Source: Burkholderiales bacterium
GTDB lineage: Bacteria; Pseudomonadota; Gammaproteobacteria; Burkholderiales; SG8-39
DNA: 64,000 bases
Reading direction: 5' to 3'
Assembly (NCBI GenBank): GCA_035456405.1
Contig: DATIDG010000070.1
Coordinates: forward strand, 68,163-132,162
In this document: positions 1 to 10,087 of the stretch, piece by piece
How positions within the stretch are numbered: the first letter of the stretch is position 1
Layout: every line of letters starts with the position of its first letter
Notes under the pieces: generated by a model
Told to the model about the DNA's origin: nothing
Seen by the model: the letters and a program-made list of their open reading frames with translations, nothing else
Databases searched by the model: none
Translations under genes and position numbers: made by a program

Positions 1-1
1 A

Positions 2-3000
2 CTGACGTGGGTCAAGAGCGAGATCGATCAGGCGCTGGAGCGGTCGTTGACCGCGCTGCGCGCGTACGCCGCCAACCCGGGCGACTCGAACCAGATCCGG
101 TTCTCGCAGACCCATTTTCACCAGGCGCATGGCGCGCTGCAGATCGTCGGTCTCGACGGCGTCACGCGCCTTTCCGAGGAGCTCGACGGGCTGCTCGGCG
201 ACATCGCCAAGAGCGGCGGCGCGCCGGCGCCCGAGGCCGTGAGCGCCGCGAAGCACGCGTTCGGCGCGATCACCGCATACCTCGACCAGCTCCTCGTCGG
301 CGAGCCGAACCAGCCACTCAGGCTCTTCGCCGTCTACCGCGACGTCGCAAAGTTGCGCGGGCGCGAAGGCGTCGATCCCGTCGACCTCTACTATCCCGAC
401 CTGACGCGCCGGCCGCCGCGCCGCGAGAAGCCGCCGGTCGACGTCCCGGCAGGGCAGGGCCAGCAGTACTACCGCGATCAGCGCGGACGCTACCAGCGCG
501 GGCTGCTCAAGTGGCTCAAGAAGGACTGGACCGGCGTGGAGGACATGCGCGCCGCGGTCGCGGCAGTCGAGGCCGCACAGACCAATCCCGCGAGCCGCGC
601 GTTCTGGTGGGTGGCGCTCGGCTTCTTCGATGCGCTCTTCGCGAAGGCGATTGCGGACCAGGCGACGGTGGCCCGGCTCGCGAACCGCGTCGAGCAGCAG
701 CTCAAGCGCCTGATGGAAGGATCAGCGACCGTGGCCGAGCGGCTGATGCGAGAGGCACTGTTCGCGGTCGCGCGCGCGCGACCGGCGACCGAGCACGTGC
801 GCAACGTCCAGGAGGTCTTCCAGCTGTCCGGCTCGGTGCCGGCGGCCTTCGAGCTGAAGAGCGAGAACTCGCCGCAGTTTCCGGCCCTGCGCGCTCTGCG
901 GGAGGCGGTCGGCGGCGCCAAGACGGCGTGGAACAAGGTCGCGTCCGGCCACCAGCCGAGCATCGCGACCTTCCGCGATCTCGCCGTCCAGATGCGCGAC
1001 CGCGCAGCCGAGCTGAAGCAGCCGGAGCTCGCGAAGATCGCGGACGAGGTGGCGACCCTCGCCGCCTGGGTGGGCGACGGGCCGAGCCGGCTCACCGACG
1101 GCGTCGCGATGGAGACCGCAACCGCGCTCCTCCTCATCGAAAACGCGGTCGACAACTTCGCTACTCTCGGCGCCGAGTTCGCCCAGCAGGCCAATCTCAT
1201 GCACCGCCGCCTCCAGGCGGTCGTGAAAGGCGAGGCGCCGCACGCCAGCCAGCCGGTGCCGGTGCTGGACGAGATGTCGCGTCGCGCCCAGGAGCGCCTG
1301 CTGATGGCGCAGGTCGTCTCCGAGATCCAGGCGAGCCTGCGCGCGATCGAGCAGGCCCTCGACGCGTTCTTCCGCGACGCCGCCAAGCGCGGGGAGCTGG
1401 CGAGCCTCGACAAGCCGGTCCGCCAGGTGCTCGGCGCGCTGACGATGCTTAACGAGGACCGCGCCGCCGCGGCGCTGTCGCAGTGCGCGGCCGAGATCCA
1501 GCGTTTCGCGCAGGCCGGCTATGCGCCGGCGCAGGGCGACTTCGAGCGCGTGGCCGGCACCCTTTCGGGGCTCGGCTTCTACGTCGACGCCCTCCAGCAC
1601 GGCAAGGCCGACTTCGACCAGTTCATGCGGCCGATCGCCGCCAGGAAGATCGAGGTCGTGGAGCAGGCCGAGGAGCAGACTGCCGGCGGCACGGTCGAGG
1701 CCGAGCTCGAGAAGGGCAAGAAGGAGCTGAACGCGATCTACGAGCGGTGGAAGCGCGAGCCGCAGAACTCGTCGGTCAAGGAAGAGCTGCGCGGGAAGGC
1801 CACAGCGATGCAGAAGGACGCGGGGCTCGTGGCGGACGCGAAGCTCGAGCTCCAGGCGGCCGACATGCTGCGCATCCTCGACGCGACCGACGCGAAGCCG
1901 TTCGATCCCAAGGTCTCGCAGGTCCTCACTGCAATTCAGCCGGCAGCGCCCGCCGCGCCGTCGCCAGAGGCGCAGAAGTTCATCGCCGCGAGCGCCGAGA
2001 CCGTCGACGCGGAGCTGCTCTCCGTCTATCTCGAGGAGGCAGGCGAGGTGCTCGGCACGATCGGCGAGAACCTCGGGCAGGCGCGCGAGTTGCCGCAGAA
2101 CATCGAGCTCCTGCGCACGATCCGCCGCGGTTTCCACACGCTGAAGGGCAGCGGCCGCATGGTCGGCCTCACGCGCCTCGGCGAGGCCGCGTGGGCGGTC
2201 GAGCAGGTGATGAACCGCTGGCTCGAGGAAGAGCGCGCGGCCACCCCCGACCTCTTCACGCTGATCGGAACGGCCCGGCAGTTCTTCGAGGGCGCGGTCG
2301 CCAGCCTCAAGGCCGGCGGTTCGAGCCCCGACGAGTCGGCGACCGTCGCGATGGCGAACAAGGTCAAGGCCGGCGAGGCCCTGGGCGAAATCCCGGCTGA
2401 AATCGCCGCCGTGCCGCCTGCGGTCTTCGCGCCGGAGGCTCCGCAGGTCGTCGAGGCCCCCGCGCTGCTTCAGGAAATCGATCTCGCAGCGATCGCGCCC
2501 GCCCCCGAGCCCGAAACCGTCACGCCCGTACCGGTTGCGCCAGTCGAGATCGCACCCGCGCTCGCACCGGTCGAGGAACTGCCCGCGATCGCGCTTCCCG
2601 CCGTCGAGCTGCCGGCGATCGAGCCCGTCGCCGCGCCGGCGCCAGAGGCCGATGAGACCATCACGATCGGTGACGTGCAGCTCTCGCAGTCGCTCTACGT
2701 CATCTTCCTCGAGGAAACGCGCGCCCATCTCGACGCGCTTGCCGCGGGCCGGCAGCGGCTCGACGAAGGAGAGCACGTCACCGAGGACTTCGAGCGGGCC
2801 GCGCACACGCTCGCGGGAATCGCCGGCACCGTCAAGGTCGACGCGGTGAAGGACATCGGGCACGCGCTCGAAGGCCTGCTGGAGCGGCTGCTCGACAAGC
2901 CGGCCGATCCCGCGGCCCGCGCCCTCATCGGCGAAGCGATCGACAACCTCAATGGCATGCTCGACAAGGCCGCGGCGCGTCAGCTGCCCGCCGCGATGCC

Positions 3001-5758
3001 GGCGCTGATCGCGCGTCTGGATGCGATGGCGACCGCCGAAGAGGGCGGTGCCGCACCAGCGCTCGACTTCGCCGGCGCCCCTGCGCCCGCCGACACGCTG
3101 ACCCCGTCGCCCGCATTCGACGATCTCGATTTCGCCCTACCTGCCACCACCCCGCAGCAGACCGAGACACCGCCTGCAGCACGCGCACGGGTCGCGCTCG
3201 ACTTTTCCGATTTCTCGCTGCCTGCGCCGATGGGCGAGCCGGCGGTGACCGCGATCGCGCCGGTCGCTGCGAACGACACGGTCGTCGCGCCGCCGCACGT
3301 GCCGCCGGCGCCGCCTCCTGCCAGACCGGAAGTCGTCGCGGCGCCCGGTCCGCAACCCGCTCCGGCCGAAACGCACCTTCCCGCGGTCGAGGTCGAAGAG
3401 AACCCGATGGATCGGCGCACGCGCCGCCTCGACGACGACATCGACCAGGATTTGCTGCCGATCTTCCTCGAGGAGGCGCAGGAGCTCGTGCCGGCCGTCG
3501 GTCAGGGACTCCGCGACTGGCGCGTGACTCCGGGCAACATGGCGGCAGGGAATGCGCTGCAGCGCACGCTGCATACGCTGAAGGGCTCGGCGCGGATGTG
3601 CGGTGCGATGGCGCTCGGCGAGCTCACGCACCACATGGAGACGCGCGTCGAGAACGCGCTCGCTACGCCGGAGCTTCCCGCGACGTTCTTCGAGGAGCTC
3701 GAGGGCTCGTACGACCGGATGGGCCTCCTGTACGACCGCCTGGTCAATCCGCAGGCGGCGGTGCCGGCCTCGATGGGCGAGCCGGCGAGCGCGGCCGCGG
3801 CCCCTGCCGCCGCTGCGCCGCAGGCCGAGGCCGTGCCGCAGAAGCCCGCCGCGCCCGCGCCGGAGAAGCCCGCCGCGCCCGCACCGGAGAAGGCCGAGGA
3901 GAAGCCCGCCACCCAGATTGAGCAGGATCTCGCGGCGGCGAGCCGCGCGATGCTGCGCGTGCGCGCCGACCTGATTGACCGGCTCGTGAACGAGGCCGGC
4001 GAAGTCTCGATCGCGCGCTCCAGGATCGAAGGCGACCTCCGCGCCATCAAGGGGGCGCTGTTCGAGTTCACCGAGAACGTGAACCGGATGCGCTCGCAGC
4101 TGCGCGACATCGAGATCCAGGCCGAGTCGCAGATGCAGTCGCGCATCTCGCTCGCACAGGAGAGCGAGACCCCGTTCGACCCGCTGGAGTTCGACCGCTT
4201 CACGCGATTCCAGGAGCTCACGCGGATGATGGCCGAGAGCGTGAACGACGTCGCGACCGTCCACCAGAACCTGCTGAAGGCAGTCGGCGAGAGCGAGGCC
4301 GCGACTTCCGCGCAGGCGCGTCTCACCCGCGCGCTTCAGGCGAACCTCATGCGCATCCGCATGGTGCCGTTCGCGAGCGTGTCGGAGCGCCTGTTCCGCA
4401 TCGTGCGCCAGGCGGCGAAGGAGACGGAGAAGCGCGCGGTGCTCGACATCAAGGGCGGCCAGGTCGAGGTCGACCGCTCGGTGCTCGAGCGCATCACCGC
4501 GCCGTTCGAGCACATGCTGCGCAACTCCGTCGTCCACGGAATCGAGGCGCCGGCGGAGCGCATCGCGAAGGGCAAGCCCGAGCTCGGCGAAGTGCGGATC
4601 GACGTGCGCCAGGAAGGCAACGAGATCGTTCTCTCCGTCGTCGACGACGGCGCCGGTCTCAACTTCGCCCGGATCCGCGCAAAGGCGCTCTCCCAGGGGC
4701 TGCTCAAGCCGGAGGACAACCCGACCGACGGCGAGATCGCCGAGTTCATCTTCCATCCCGGGTTCTCGACTGCGCAGGAAGTGACCCAGCTCGCCGGCCG
4801 CGGCGTCGGCATGGACGTTGTCAAGAGCGAGATCGCCGCGCTGGGCGGCCGGGTCGACCTCGCGAGCGAGAACGGCAAGGGCACGCGCCTCACGATCTAC
4901 CTGCCGCTCACCCTCGCGGTGACGCAGGCGGTGCTCGTTCGCGCCGGCAACGTCGCCTACGCGATCCCCGCCGTCATGGTCGAGCAGGTGCGCCAGGTGA
5001 AGGCGCCCGAGCTCGAGTCCTACCGCGCCGCGGGCGAGACGAGCTGGCAGGATCGTCGCTATCCGTTCCGCTACCTCCCGCGACTGCTGGGCGACGCCGA
5101 GTTCGTGCCGGAGCAGAAGCGCGTGACGCCCGTCCTGCTGCTGCGCACTGGCGGGAACACCGTGGCGCTCCAGGTCGACGAGGTGGCCGGCAGCCAGGAA
5201 ATCGTCGTCAAGAACACCGGGCCGCTGCTCGCGCGCGTCGCAGGCATCACCGGCGCGACTGTGCTCGGCAACGGCGAAATCGTGCTCATTCTGAACCCGG
5301 TCATCCTCGCGGCCCGCGAGCTGACGGTGAGTGTGCGGCTGCCGGCCGCGCCGGCCGAAGCAAAGGCCGAGGCGTCGGCGGTGCCGACGATCATGATCGT
5401 CGACGACTCGCTCACGGTGCGCAAGATCACCGGGCGCCTGCTCGCGCGCGAAGGCTACAACGTGCTCACCGCGAAGGACGGCGTCGACGCGATGGAGCAG
5501 CTGCAGGAGCACCTCCCGGGCGTGATGCTTGTCGACATCGAGATGCCGCGCATGGACGGCTTCGACCTGACGCGCAACGTGCGCGCCGACAGCCGCCTGA
5601 AGCACGTGCCGATCATCATGATCACCTCGCGGACCGCGGAGAAGCACCGCAGCTACGCCAAGGAGATCGGCGTCAACGTCTACCTGGGCAAGCCGTACCA
5701 GGAAGACGAGCTGCTCAGGCACATCGGCGGGTTCGTGAAGAAGGCGGCGCTGGTCTGA
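2..5758 (+). CDS. chpA: Type IV pilus chemosensory hybrid histidine kinase ChpA/PilL (multi-Hpt CheA with C-terminal receiver); 5' end lies outside the window
   Basis: The frame is open from nt 2 (LTWVKSEIDQALERSLTALRAYA precedes the tracked TTG at 47). There are at least four Hpt-like motifs (HQAHGALQIVG, FHTLKGSGRMVG, AHTLAGIAGTV, LHTLKGSARMCG). It also has an HATPase block (VVDDGAGLN...GRGVGMDVV), a CheW-like segment and a CheY-like receiver (IMIVDDS...VDIEMPRMDG...GKP). Confidence 0.9.
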   Translation: MTWVKSEIDQALERSLTALRAYAANPGDSNQIRFSQTHFHQAHGALQIVGLDGVTRLSEELDGLLGDIAKSGGAPAPEAVSAAKHAFGAITAYLDQLLVGEPNQPLRLFAVYRDVAKLRGREGVDPVDLYYPDLTRRPPRREKPPVDVPAGQGQQYYRDQRGRYQRGLLKWLKKDWTGVEDMRAAVAAVEAAQTNPASRAFWWVALGFFDALFAKAIADQATVARLANRVEQQLKRLMEGSATVAERLMREALFAVARARPATEHVRNVQEVFQLSGSVPAAFELKSENSPQFPALRALREAVGGAKTAWNKVASGHQPSIATFRDLAVQMRDRAAELKQPELAKIADEVATLAAWVGDGPSRLTDGVAMETATALLLIENAVDNFATLGAEFAQQANLMHRRLQAVVKGEAPHASQPVPVLDEMSRRAQERLLMAQVVSEIQASLRAIEQALDAFFRDAAKRGELASLDKPVRQVLGALTMLNEDRAAAALSQCAAEIQRFAQAGYAPAQGDFERVAGTLSGLGFYVDALQHGKADFDQFMRPIAARKIEVVEQAEEQTAGGTVEAELEKGKKELNAIYERWKREPQNSSVKEELRGKATAMQKDAGLVADAKLELQAADMLRILDATDAKPFDPKVSQVLTAIQPAAPAAPSPEAQKFIAASAETVDAELLSVYLEEAGEVLGTIGENLGQARELPQNIELLRTIRRGFHTLKGSGRMVGLTRLGEAAWAVEQVMNRWLEEERAATPDLFTLIGTARQFFEGAVASLKAGGSSPDESATVAMANKVKAGEALGEIPAEIAAVPPAVFAPEAPQVVEAPALLQEIDLAAIAPAPEPETVTPVPVAPVEIAPALAPVEELPAIALPAVELPAIEPVAAPAPEADETITIGDVQLSQSLYVIFLEETRAHLDALAAGRQRLDEGEHVTEDFERAAHTLAGIAGTVKVDAVKDIGHALEGLLERLLDKPADPAARALIGEAIDNLNGMLDKAAARQLPAAMPALIARLDAMATAEEGGAAPALDFAGAPAPADTLTPSPAFDDLDFALPATTPQQTETPPAARARVALDFSDFSLPAPMGEPAVTAIAPVAANDTVVAPPHVPPAPPPARPEVVAAPGPQPAPAETHLPAVEVEENPMDRRTRRLDDDIDQDLLPIFLEEAQELVPAVGQGLRDWRVTPGNMAAGNALQRTLHTLKGSARMCGAMALGELTHHMETRVENALATPELPATFFEELEGSYDRMGLLYDRLVNPQAAVPASMGEPASAAAAPAAAAPQAEAVPQKPAAPAPEKPAAPAPEKAEEKPATQIEQDLAAASRAMLRVRADLIDRLVNEAGEVSIARSRIEGDLRAIKGALFEFTENVNRMRSQLRDIEIQAESQMQSRISLAQESETPFDPLEFDRFTRFQELTRMMAESVNDVATVHQNLLKAVGESEAATSAQARLTRALQANLMRIRMVPFASVSERLFRIVRQAAKETEKRAVLDIKGGQVEVDRSVLERITAPFEHMLRNSVVHGIEAPAERIAKGKPELGEVRIDVRQEGNEIVLSVVDDGAGLNFARIRAKALSQGLLKPEDNPTDGEIAEFIFHPGFSTAQEVTQLAGRGVGMDVVKSEIAALGGRVDLASENGKGTRLTIYLPLTLAVTQAVLVRAGNVAYAIPAVMVEQVRQVKAPELESYRAAGETSWQDRRYPFRYLPRLLGDAEFVPEQKRVTPVLLLRTGGNTVALQVDEVAGSQEIVVKNTGPLLARVAGITGATVLGNGEIVLILNPVILAARELTVSVRLPAAPAEAKAEASAVPTIMIVDDSLTVRKITGRLLAREGYNVLTAKDGVDAMEQLQEHLPGVMLVDIEMPRMDGFDLTRNVRADSRLKHVPIIMITSRTAEKHRSYAKEIGVNVYLGKPYQEDELLRHIGGFVKKAALV
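3841..3888 (+). repeat. In-frame tandem 24-nt repeat (2 copies, 1 mismatch) in the Pro/Ala-rich ChpA linker
   Basis: GAAGCCCGCCGCGCCCGCGCCGGA (3841-3864) is followed by GAAGCCCGCCGCGCCCGCACCGGA (3865-3888), with a partial GAAGCCCGCC again at 3901. It encodes PEKPAAPAPEKPAAPAPEK. Confidence 0.8.
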
Positions 5759-5767
5759 AGACTCGTT

Positions 5768-7195
5768 TCAGGCCTTTCCTGCAGCCCGCCTGTAGCGCTC
5801 GAGCGTGATCCGCCGCGCCTCGCCGTGGTCCACGACGGGCGCGGGGTAATCCCGTCCGATCACGCACCCCGCCTCCCCCTGATCGACCGGCTGCATCGTC
5901 CACGGCGCGTGGATATGGCGATCCGGTACGCGCGCAAGCTCCGGCACGTAGCGCCGAATGAACGCGCCGCCCGGGTCGAACTTCTCCGACTGCGTTACCG
6001 GGTTGAAGATGCGGAAGTACGGCTGCGCGTCGCAGCCGGTGGAGGCGGCCCACTGCCACCCGCCGTTGTTCGCGGCGAGGTCGAAGTCGTTCAGGTGCGC
6101 GGCGAAGTAACGCTCGCCCCGCCGCCAGTCGACGTGCAGGTCCTTCACCAGGAACGACGCGGCCACCATGCGCAGCCGGTTGTGCATATAGCCCGTCCGG
6201 TTGATCTGCCGCATCGCCGCGTCGACGAGCGGATAGCCCGTTCGCCCCTCGCACCACGCGCGCCACTTCGCGTCGTCGTTCTCGAACTCGACGCGCTCGA
6301 GCTCGCGCTTGAACGCGTGACCGACGACCTGGGGGAAGTGGTACAGGACCGCGAAGTAGAAATCGCGCCAGACCAGCTCCGAGAGCCAGGTCTCGGCGCC
6401 CCGGCCGCCCTCCGCGTGCGCGCGCCCCGCGAGCTCCCGGATCGACATGGTCCCGAAGCGCAGGTGCACCGACAGGTAGGACGGCCCCTTCTGCGCCGGA
6501 TAGTCGCGGCGTTCGTGGTAGGCGCGGATGCGCCCGAGGAAGTCGGCCAGCAACTGCTGGGCGCCCGACATGCCGGTGGGGATCGGCACCTCGAGCAGGT
6601 TCGTCGCGGCGAACCCGAGGTCGGCGAGCGTCGGGCGCGGTCCTTCCGGCGGCGGCGCGAGACTGCGCGCGTATCGCTGCACAGGATAGGCGCGGAGGAA
6701 GAACGCATCGAGCTTCTTCTGCCAGGCGCGCTTGTAGGGCGTGAACACGGTGTAGGGCGTGCCCGCCGCCGTGAGCACCTCCTCCTTCTCGAAGATCACC
6801 TGGTCCTTGAAAGTCCGGAACTCGATCCCGGCGCCGTCGAGCGCGCGCGCGACGTCCGCGTCCCGGTCGATCGCCTGCGGCTCGTAGTCGTGATTGGCGT
6901 ACACCGCTGCCGCGCCGAGGCGCGCTGCAAGCCGCGGAATCTCTGCGCGCGCGCGGCCGTGCACGACGATCATTCCGCCGCCGCGGTCGCGCAGGGCTCG
7001 GTCGAGCTCCTCGACCGAGCGCCAGATGAACTCCACGCGCCGGTCCGCGCGCGACGGGAGCGCGTCGAGGATCTCCGTGTCGAAGCAGAACGCGCAGTAG
7101 ACGCGAGGGTGCGCCTTCAGGGCGTGGTACAGCGCGGCGTGGTCGTAAACGCGCAGGTCGCGGCGAAACCACACGAGCGCGGTGTCGGCGGGCAT
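5768..7195 (-). CDS. phrB: Deoxyribodipyrimidine photolyase
   Basis: 475 aa. N-terminus LVWFRRDLRVYDHAAL, and a FAD-binding C-terminal region (WREFY-like WRDFYF, NNGGWQWAASTG, YFRIFNP). Confidence 0.93.
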   Translation of the reverse strand: MPADTALVWFRRDLRVYDHAALYHALKAHPRVYCAFCFDTEILDALPSRADRRVEFIWRSVEELDRALRDRGGGMIVVHGRARAEIPRLAARLGAAAVYANHDYEPQAIDRDADVARALDGAGIEFRTFKDQVIFEKEEVLTAAGTPYTVFTPYKRAWQKKLDAFFLRAYPVQRYARSLAPPPEGPRPTLADLGFAATNLLEVPIPTGMSGAQQLLADFLGRIRAYHERRDYPAQKGPSYLSVHLRFGTMSIRELAGRAHAEGGRGAETWLSELVWRDFYFAVLYHFPQVVGHAFKRELERVEFENDDAKWRAWCEGRTGYPLVDAAMRQINRTGYMHNRLRMVAASFLVKDLHVDWRRGERYFAAHLNDFDLAANNGGWQWAASTGCDAQPYFRIFNPVTQSEKFDPGGAFIRRYVPELARVPDRHIHAPWTMQPVDQGEAGCVIGRDYPAPVVDHGEARRITLERYRRAAGKA

Positions 7196-7416
7196 CTCGG
7201 AGCGTAGGAGTCGGGCGGCGCGCGACTGTAGCAGGGTGTTGAAGTTCGGGGGATGCGTCCCCCTGACCCCCGACGCGGTGCCTGTCGAAACTCGATTTCA
7301 CTCCGACGAAGGTTCGCCGGTAACGCAATGCCGGCGCCGGGAAACCGCGTTTCAACGGCTTTCTCGCACGCGTGCCGCGGCCGGCGGGCGAGCGACCCGC
7401 GCTACAATAGCCAGCC

Positions 7417-7977
7417 GTGGCGCGCGTCGATCTCACCCACCACTTCCTGATCGCCATGCCCAGCATGGCGGACCCGCACTTTTCGCGCACGCTCACGTTC
7501 ATCTGCGAGCACAACGACCAAGGCGCGCTCGGCCTGGTCGTGAATCGCCCGATCGACATGACGCTCGCGGCGCTCTTCGAGCGGCTCAACCTGGAGCTCA
7601 AGTCGCGGCAGATGCGCGACGTGCCGGTGTACTTCGGCGGACCGGTGCAGACCGATCGCGGCTTCGTACTGCACGTTCCGCGCGGCGAGTGGAGCTCGAC
7701 GCTGCCGGTGCGCGAGCACCTCGGGCTGACCACTTCGCGCGACATCCTGGAGGCGGTCGGGAGCGGCAGCGGGCCGGACAAGATCATCGTGACGCTCGGC
7801 TACTCCGGCTGGGCCGCCGGGCAGCTCGAGCACGAGATCCTGCAGAACGCCTGGCTCACGGTCGAAGCGAGCGAGCAGATCATCTTCGATCTCCCGCCCG
7901 AGGAGCGTCTGCCCGCCGCGATGGAGCTGCTCGGCGTGTCCTACGCGACGCTGGCCGACGAGGCCGGGCATGCGTAA
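7417..7977 (+). CDS. algH: YqgE/AlgH family protein (UPF0301)
   Basis: 186 aa. [38 protein letters not shown] matches the YqgE N-terminal signature. GTG start. Confidence 0.9.
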   Translation: MARVDLTHHFLIAMPSMADPHFSRTLTFICEHNDQGALGLVVNRPIDMTLAALFERLNLELKSRQMRDVPVYFGGPVQTDRGFVLHVPRGEWSSTLPVREHLGLTTSRDILEAVGSGSGPDKIIVTLGYSGWAAGQLEHEILQNAWLTVEASEQIIFDLPPEERLPAAMELLGVSYATLADEAGHA

Positions 7978-8467
7978 GGGCGCGAGTCGCGAGCCGCAAG
8001 CCGCGGATCGCGCAGCGCGGTCGATTGAAGGCGCGCGGCCCGCGAGCCACGAAACCGTGCTCGCGTTCGACTACGGCGAACGCTTCGTCGGTGTCGCGGT
8101 GGGGGAGACCGGCGTGGGCGTCGCCCATCCGCTCGCGACGATCGACGACCCGGCGGCGCGGGAGCGCTTCGCCGAGATCGCCGAGCTGGTCGGTGAGTGG
8201 AAACCGGCGCACCTCGTCGTCGGGCTGCCGCTCGCGCTCGACGGCACGCCGCACGAGCTCACGCGCCGGGCGCAGCGGTTCGCGCGCCAGCTCGGAGGGC
8301 GCTTCGGCCTGCCGGTGACGCTGGTCGACGAACGGCTCACCTCTGCGGAGGCCGAGGAGCGGCTGCGGGCGATCGGCCGGGGCGGGCGCGCCGACAAGGA
8401 CCTCGCGCACCCGGTCGCCGCGCAGGTGATCCTCCAGGACTTCCTCGATCGTCATGCAGCTGCCTGA
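7970..8467 (+). CDS. ruvX: Holliday junction resolvase-like RuvX (YqgF)
   Basis: [17 protein letters not shown] motif and the conserved position after algH. The ATG at 7970 overlaps the algH stop. An in-frame GTG at 8057 is an alternative shorter start. Confidence 0.85.
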   Translation: MRKGASREPQAADRAARSIEGARPASHETVLAFDYGERFVGVAVGETGVGVAHPLATIDDPAARERFAEIAELVGEWKPAHLVVGLPLALDGTPHELTRRAQRFARQLGGRFGLPVTLVDERLTSAEAEERLRAIGRGGRADKDLAHPVAAQVILQDFLDRHAAA

Positions 8468-8945
8468 TGCCGAAGCGCTCTGTGCGGACCTGGTGCGCCA
8501 GCTGCGCCCGAACGTGACGGCGGAGACGGGTATGGTCGGCATCCACACCGGCGGCGCGTGGCTCGCCGAGCGCCTGCACCGGGAGCTCGCGCTCGCGCTG
8601 CCGCTCGGGATGCTGGACATCTCGTTCTACCGCGACGACTACCGCAAGTCCGGGCTGCACAAGTCGGTGCGCGCCAGCAAGATCCCCTTCGATGTGAACG
8701 GTCGCCACCTGCTGCTCGTGGACGACGTGCTCTACACCGGCCGCACGGTGCGGGCGGCGATGAACGAGCTGTTCGACCACGGCCGGCCGGAGTCGATCCG
8801 CCTGGTCGCGCTCGTGGACCGGGGGGAGCGACAGCTGCCGATCTGCGCGCAGTACGTCGGCACGAACCTGGCGGTGCCCAGGGGCACGATGCTCCGTCTC
8901 GACCGCGACGCCGCCGGCCGACTCGCCCTGCGGCTCGACACCTGA
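8454..8945 (+). CDS. pyrR: Bifunctional pyr operon regulator / uracil phosphoribosyltransferase PyrR
   Basis: 163 aa with the PRTase motif LLLVDDVLYTGRTVRAAMNEL. It overlaps the ruvX 3' end by 14 nt. Confidence 0.9.
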   Translation: MQLPDAEALCADLVRQLRPNVTAETGMVGIHTGGAWLAERLHRELALALPLGMLDISFYRDDYRKSGLHKSVRASKIPFDVNGRHLLLVDDVLYTGRTVRAAMNELFDHGRPESIRLVALVDRGERQLPICAQYVGTNLAVPRGTMLRLDRDAAGRLALRLDT

Positions 8946-8946
8946 G

Positions 8947-9033
8947 ATGAAACCGATACGTGAGGCAGCGCTTTCCCTGATTTCGGGGAGCACGAGGGGG
9001 CGCCGCGGAGCGGATTTGCCCCCTCGCATCGTG
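8947..9033 (+). repeat. Structured intergenic element, copy 1 (fills the pyrR-pyrB spacer)
   Basis: It shares ATGAAA..AACCGAT, CGCTTTCCC and an exact 26-nt block TTCGGGGAGCACGAGGGGGCGCCGCG (8982-9007) with copy 2. Predicted hairpins are GAAA/TTTC and CGAGGGGG(N18)CCCCCTCG. Confidence 0.8.
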
Positions 9034-9043
9034 GGCAACTGAG

Positions 9044-9994
9044 ATGGGTGCAAATCCCCAGCTCAACGCGAAGGGCGAGCTCACTCACCTCCTCACGCTG
9101 GAGGGGCTGCCGCGCGAGATCATCATCCAGATCCTCGACACGGCGACCTCGTTCGTCGGCGTCACCGAGCGCGAGGTCAAGAAGGTCCCGCTCCTGCGCG
9201 GAATCAGCGTGTTCAACCTGTTCTTCGAGAGCTCCACGCGTACGCGCACGACTTTCGAGATCGCGGCGAAACGGCTGTCGGCCGACGTCATCAACCTCAA
9301 CATCAGCACGTCGTCCACGTCGAAGGGCGAGAGCCTGCTCGACACCGTGGACAACCTGTCGGCGATGCACGCTGACATGTTCGTGGTGCGCCACGTGCAG
9401 AGCGGGGCGGCGCACCTGATCGCCAGGCACGCCGGTCCGCACCAGCACGTGATCAACGCTGGCGACGGGCGGCATGCGCACCCGACGCAGGGGCTGCTCG
9501 ACGCCTACACGATCCGGCACTACAAGAAGGACTTCACCGCGCTGTCCGTCGCGATCGTCGGCGACATCCTGCACTCGCGCGTTGCCCGGTCGCTGATCCA
9601 TGCGCTGAACATCCTCGGCGCGCCCGAGGTGCGCGTGATCGGCCCGCAGACCCTGCTGCCGACCGGCGTCGAGAGCCTCGGCGTCCGCGTGTTCCACGAT
9701 ATGCGGAAGGGCCTCACCGGCGTCGATGTGATCGTGATGCTGCGGCTGCAGAACGAGCGCATGCGCGGGCCGCTGCTGCCGTCGGCGCAGGAGTTCAACA
9801 AGTACTACGGCCTCACGCCGGACAAGCTCGCGCTCGCCAAGCCGGATGCGATCGTGATGCACCCGGGACCGATGAACCGCGGGGTCGAGATCGACTCGTC
9901 GGTGGCCGACGGTGCCCAGTCGGTGATCCTGCCGCAGGTGACGTTCGGGATCGCGGTGCGGATGGCGGTGATGTCGATCCTGGGCGGGTCCTAG
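9044..9994 (+). CDS. pyrB: Aspartate carbamoyltransferase catalytic subunit
   Basis: 316 aa with STRTR ([11 protein letters not shown]), HPTQ ([10 protein letters not shown]) and HPGP (MHPGPMNRG) motifs. Confidence 0.95.
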   Translation: MGANPQLNAKGELTHLLTLEGLPREIIIQILDTATSFVGVTEREVKKVPLLRGISVFNLFFESSTRTRTTFEIAAKRLSADVINLNISTSSTSKGESLLDTVDNLSAMHADMFVVRHVQSGAAHLIARHAGPHQHVINAGDGRHAHPTQGLLDAYTIRHYKKDFTALSVAIVGDILHSRVARSLIHALNILGAPEVRVIGPQTLLPTGVESLGVRVFHDMRKGLTGVDVIVMLRLQNERMRGPLLPSAQEFNKYYGLTPDKLALAKPDAIVMHPGPMNRGVEIDSSVADGAQSVILPQVTFGIAVRMAVMSILGGS

Positions 9995-9995
9995 C

Positions 9996-10087
9996 ATGAA
10001 AGGAAACCGATGCCGCAGGCATCGCTTTCCCGGACTTCGGGGAGCACGAGGGGGCGCCGCGCCGCGGCTATGTCCCCTCGTGTCGTG
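9996..10087 (+). repeat. Structured intergenic element, copy 2 (fills the pyrB-pyrC' spacer)
   Basis: The same 26-nt block sits at 10036-10061. Hairpins are GGAAA/TTTCC, CGATGC/GCATCG and CACGAGGGG(N20)CCCCTCGTG. It ends 5 nt before the pyrC' ATG. Confidence 0.8.

Noticed and set aside
722-5722. Very long antisense ORFs inside chpA (722..2863 -, 3137..5722 -) and other-frame ORFs (7..1452 +, 1483..2400 +).
   Set aside because: Their translations are Arg/Gly/Ala/Pro-rich low-complexity strings typical of stop-codon-poor off-frames in high-G+C DNA. The sense frame carries unmistakable CheA/Hpt/receiver motifs.
7403-7419. A TACAAT hexamer 8 nt upstream of the algH GTG start with no Shine-Dalgarno, suggesting a leaderless transcript.
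   Set aside because: It is a single hexamer match with no convincing -35. GUG is a poor leaderless initiation codon. This cannot be supported without TSS data.
8982-9007. Whether the shared 26-mer is a classical PyrR binding loop.
   Set aside because: It does not match the Firmicute consensus ARUCCAGAGAGGYU. I therefore do not call it a PyrR site and flag it only as a hypothesis to test.
8947-10084. Each pyr spacer element can be read as a ~30-codon uORF. ATG 8947 gives [31 protein letters not shown], and ATG 9996 gives [30 protein letters not shown]. Each ends next to the downstream start, which recalls the pyrL leader peptide.
   Set aside because: A 5-nt indel puts the conserved nucleotide block in different reading frames in the two copies, so the peptides are unrelated. 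Conservation is at the nucleotide or structure level. Open 90-nt frames are expected by chance at this G+C, so this is kept only as a remote possibility.
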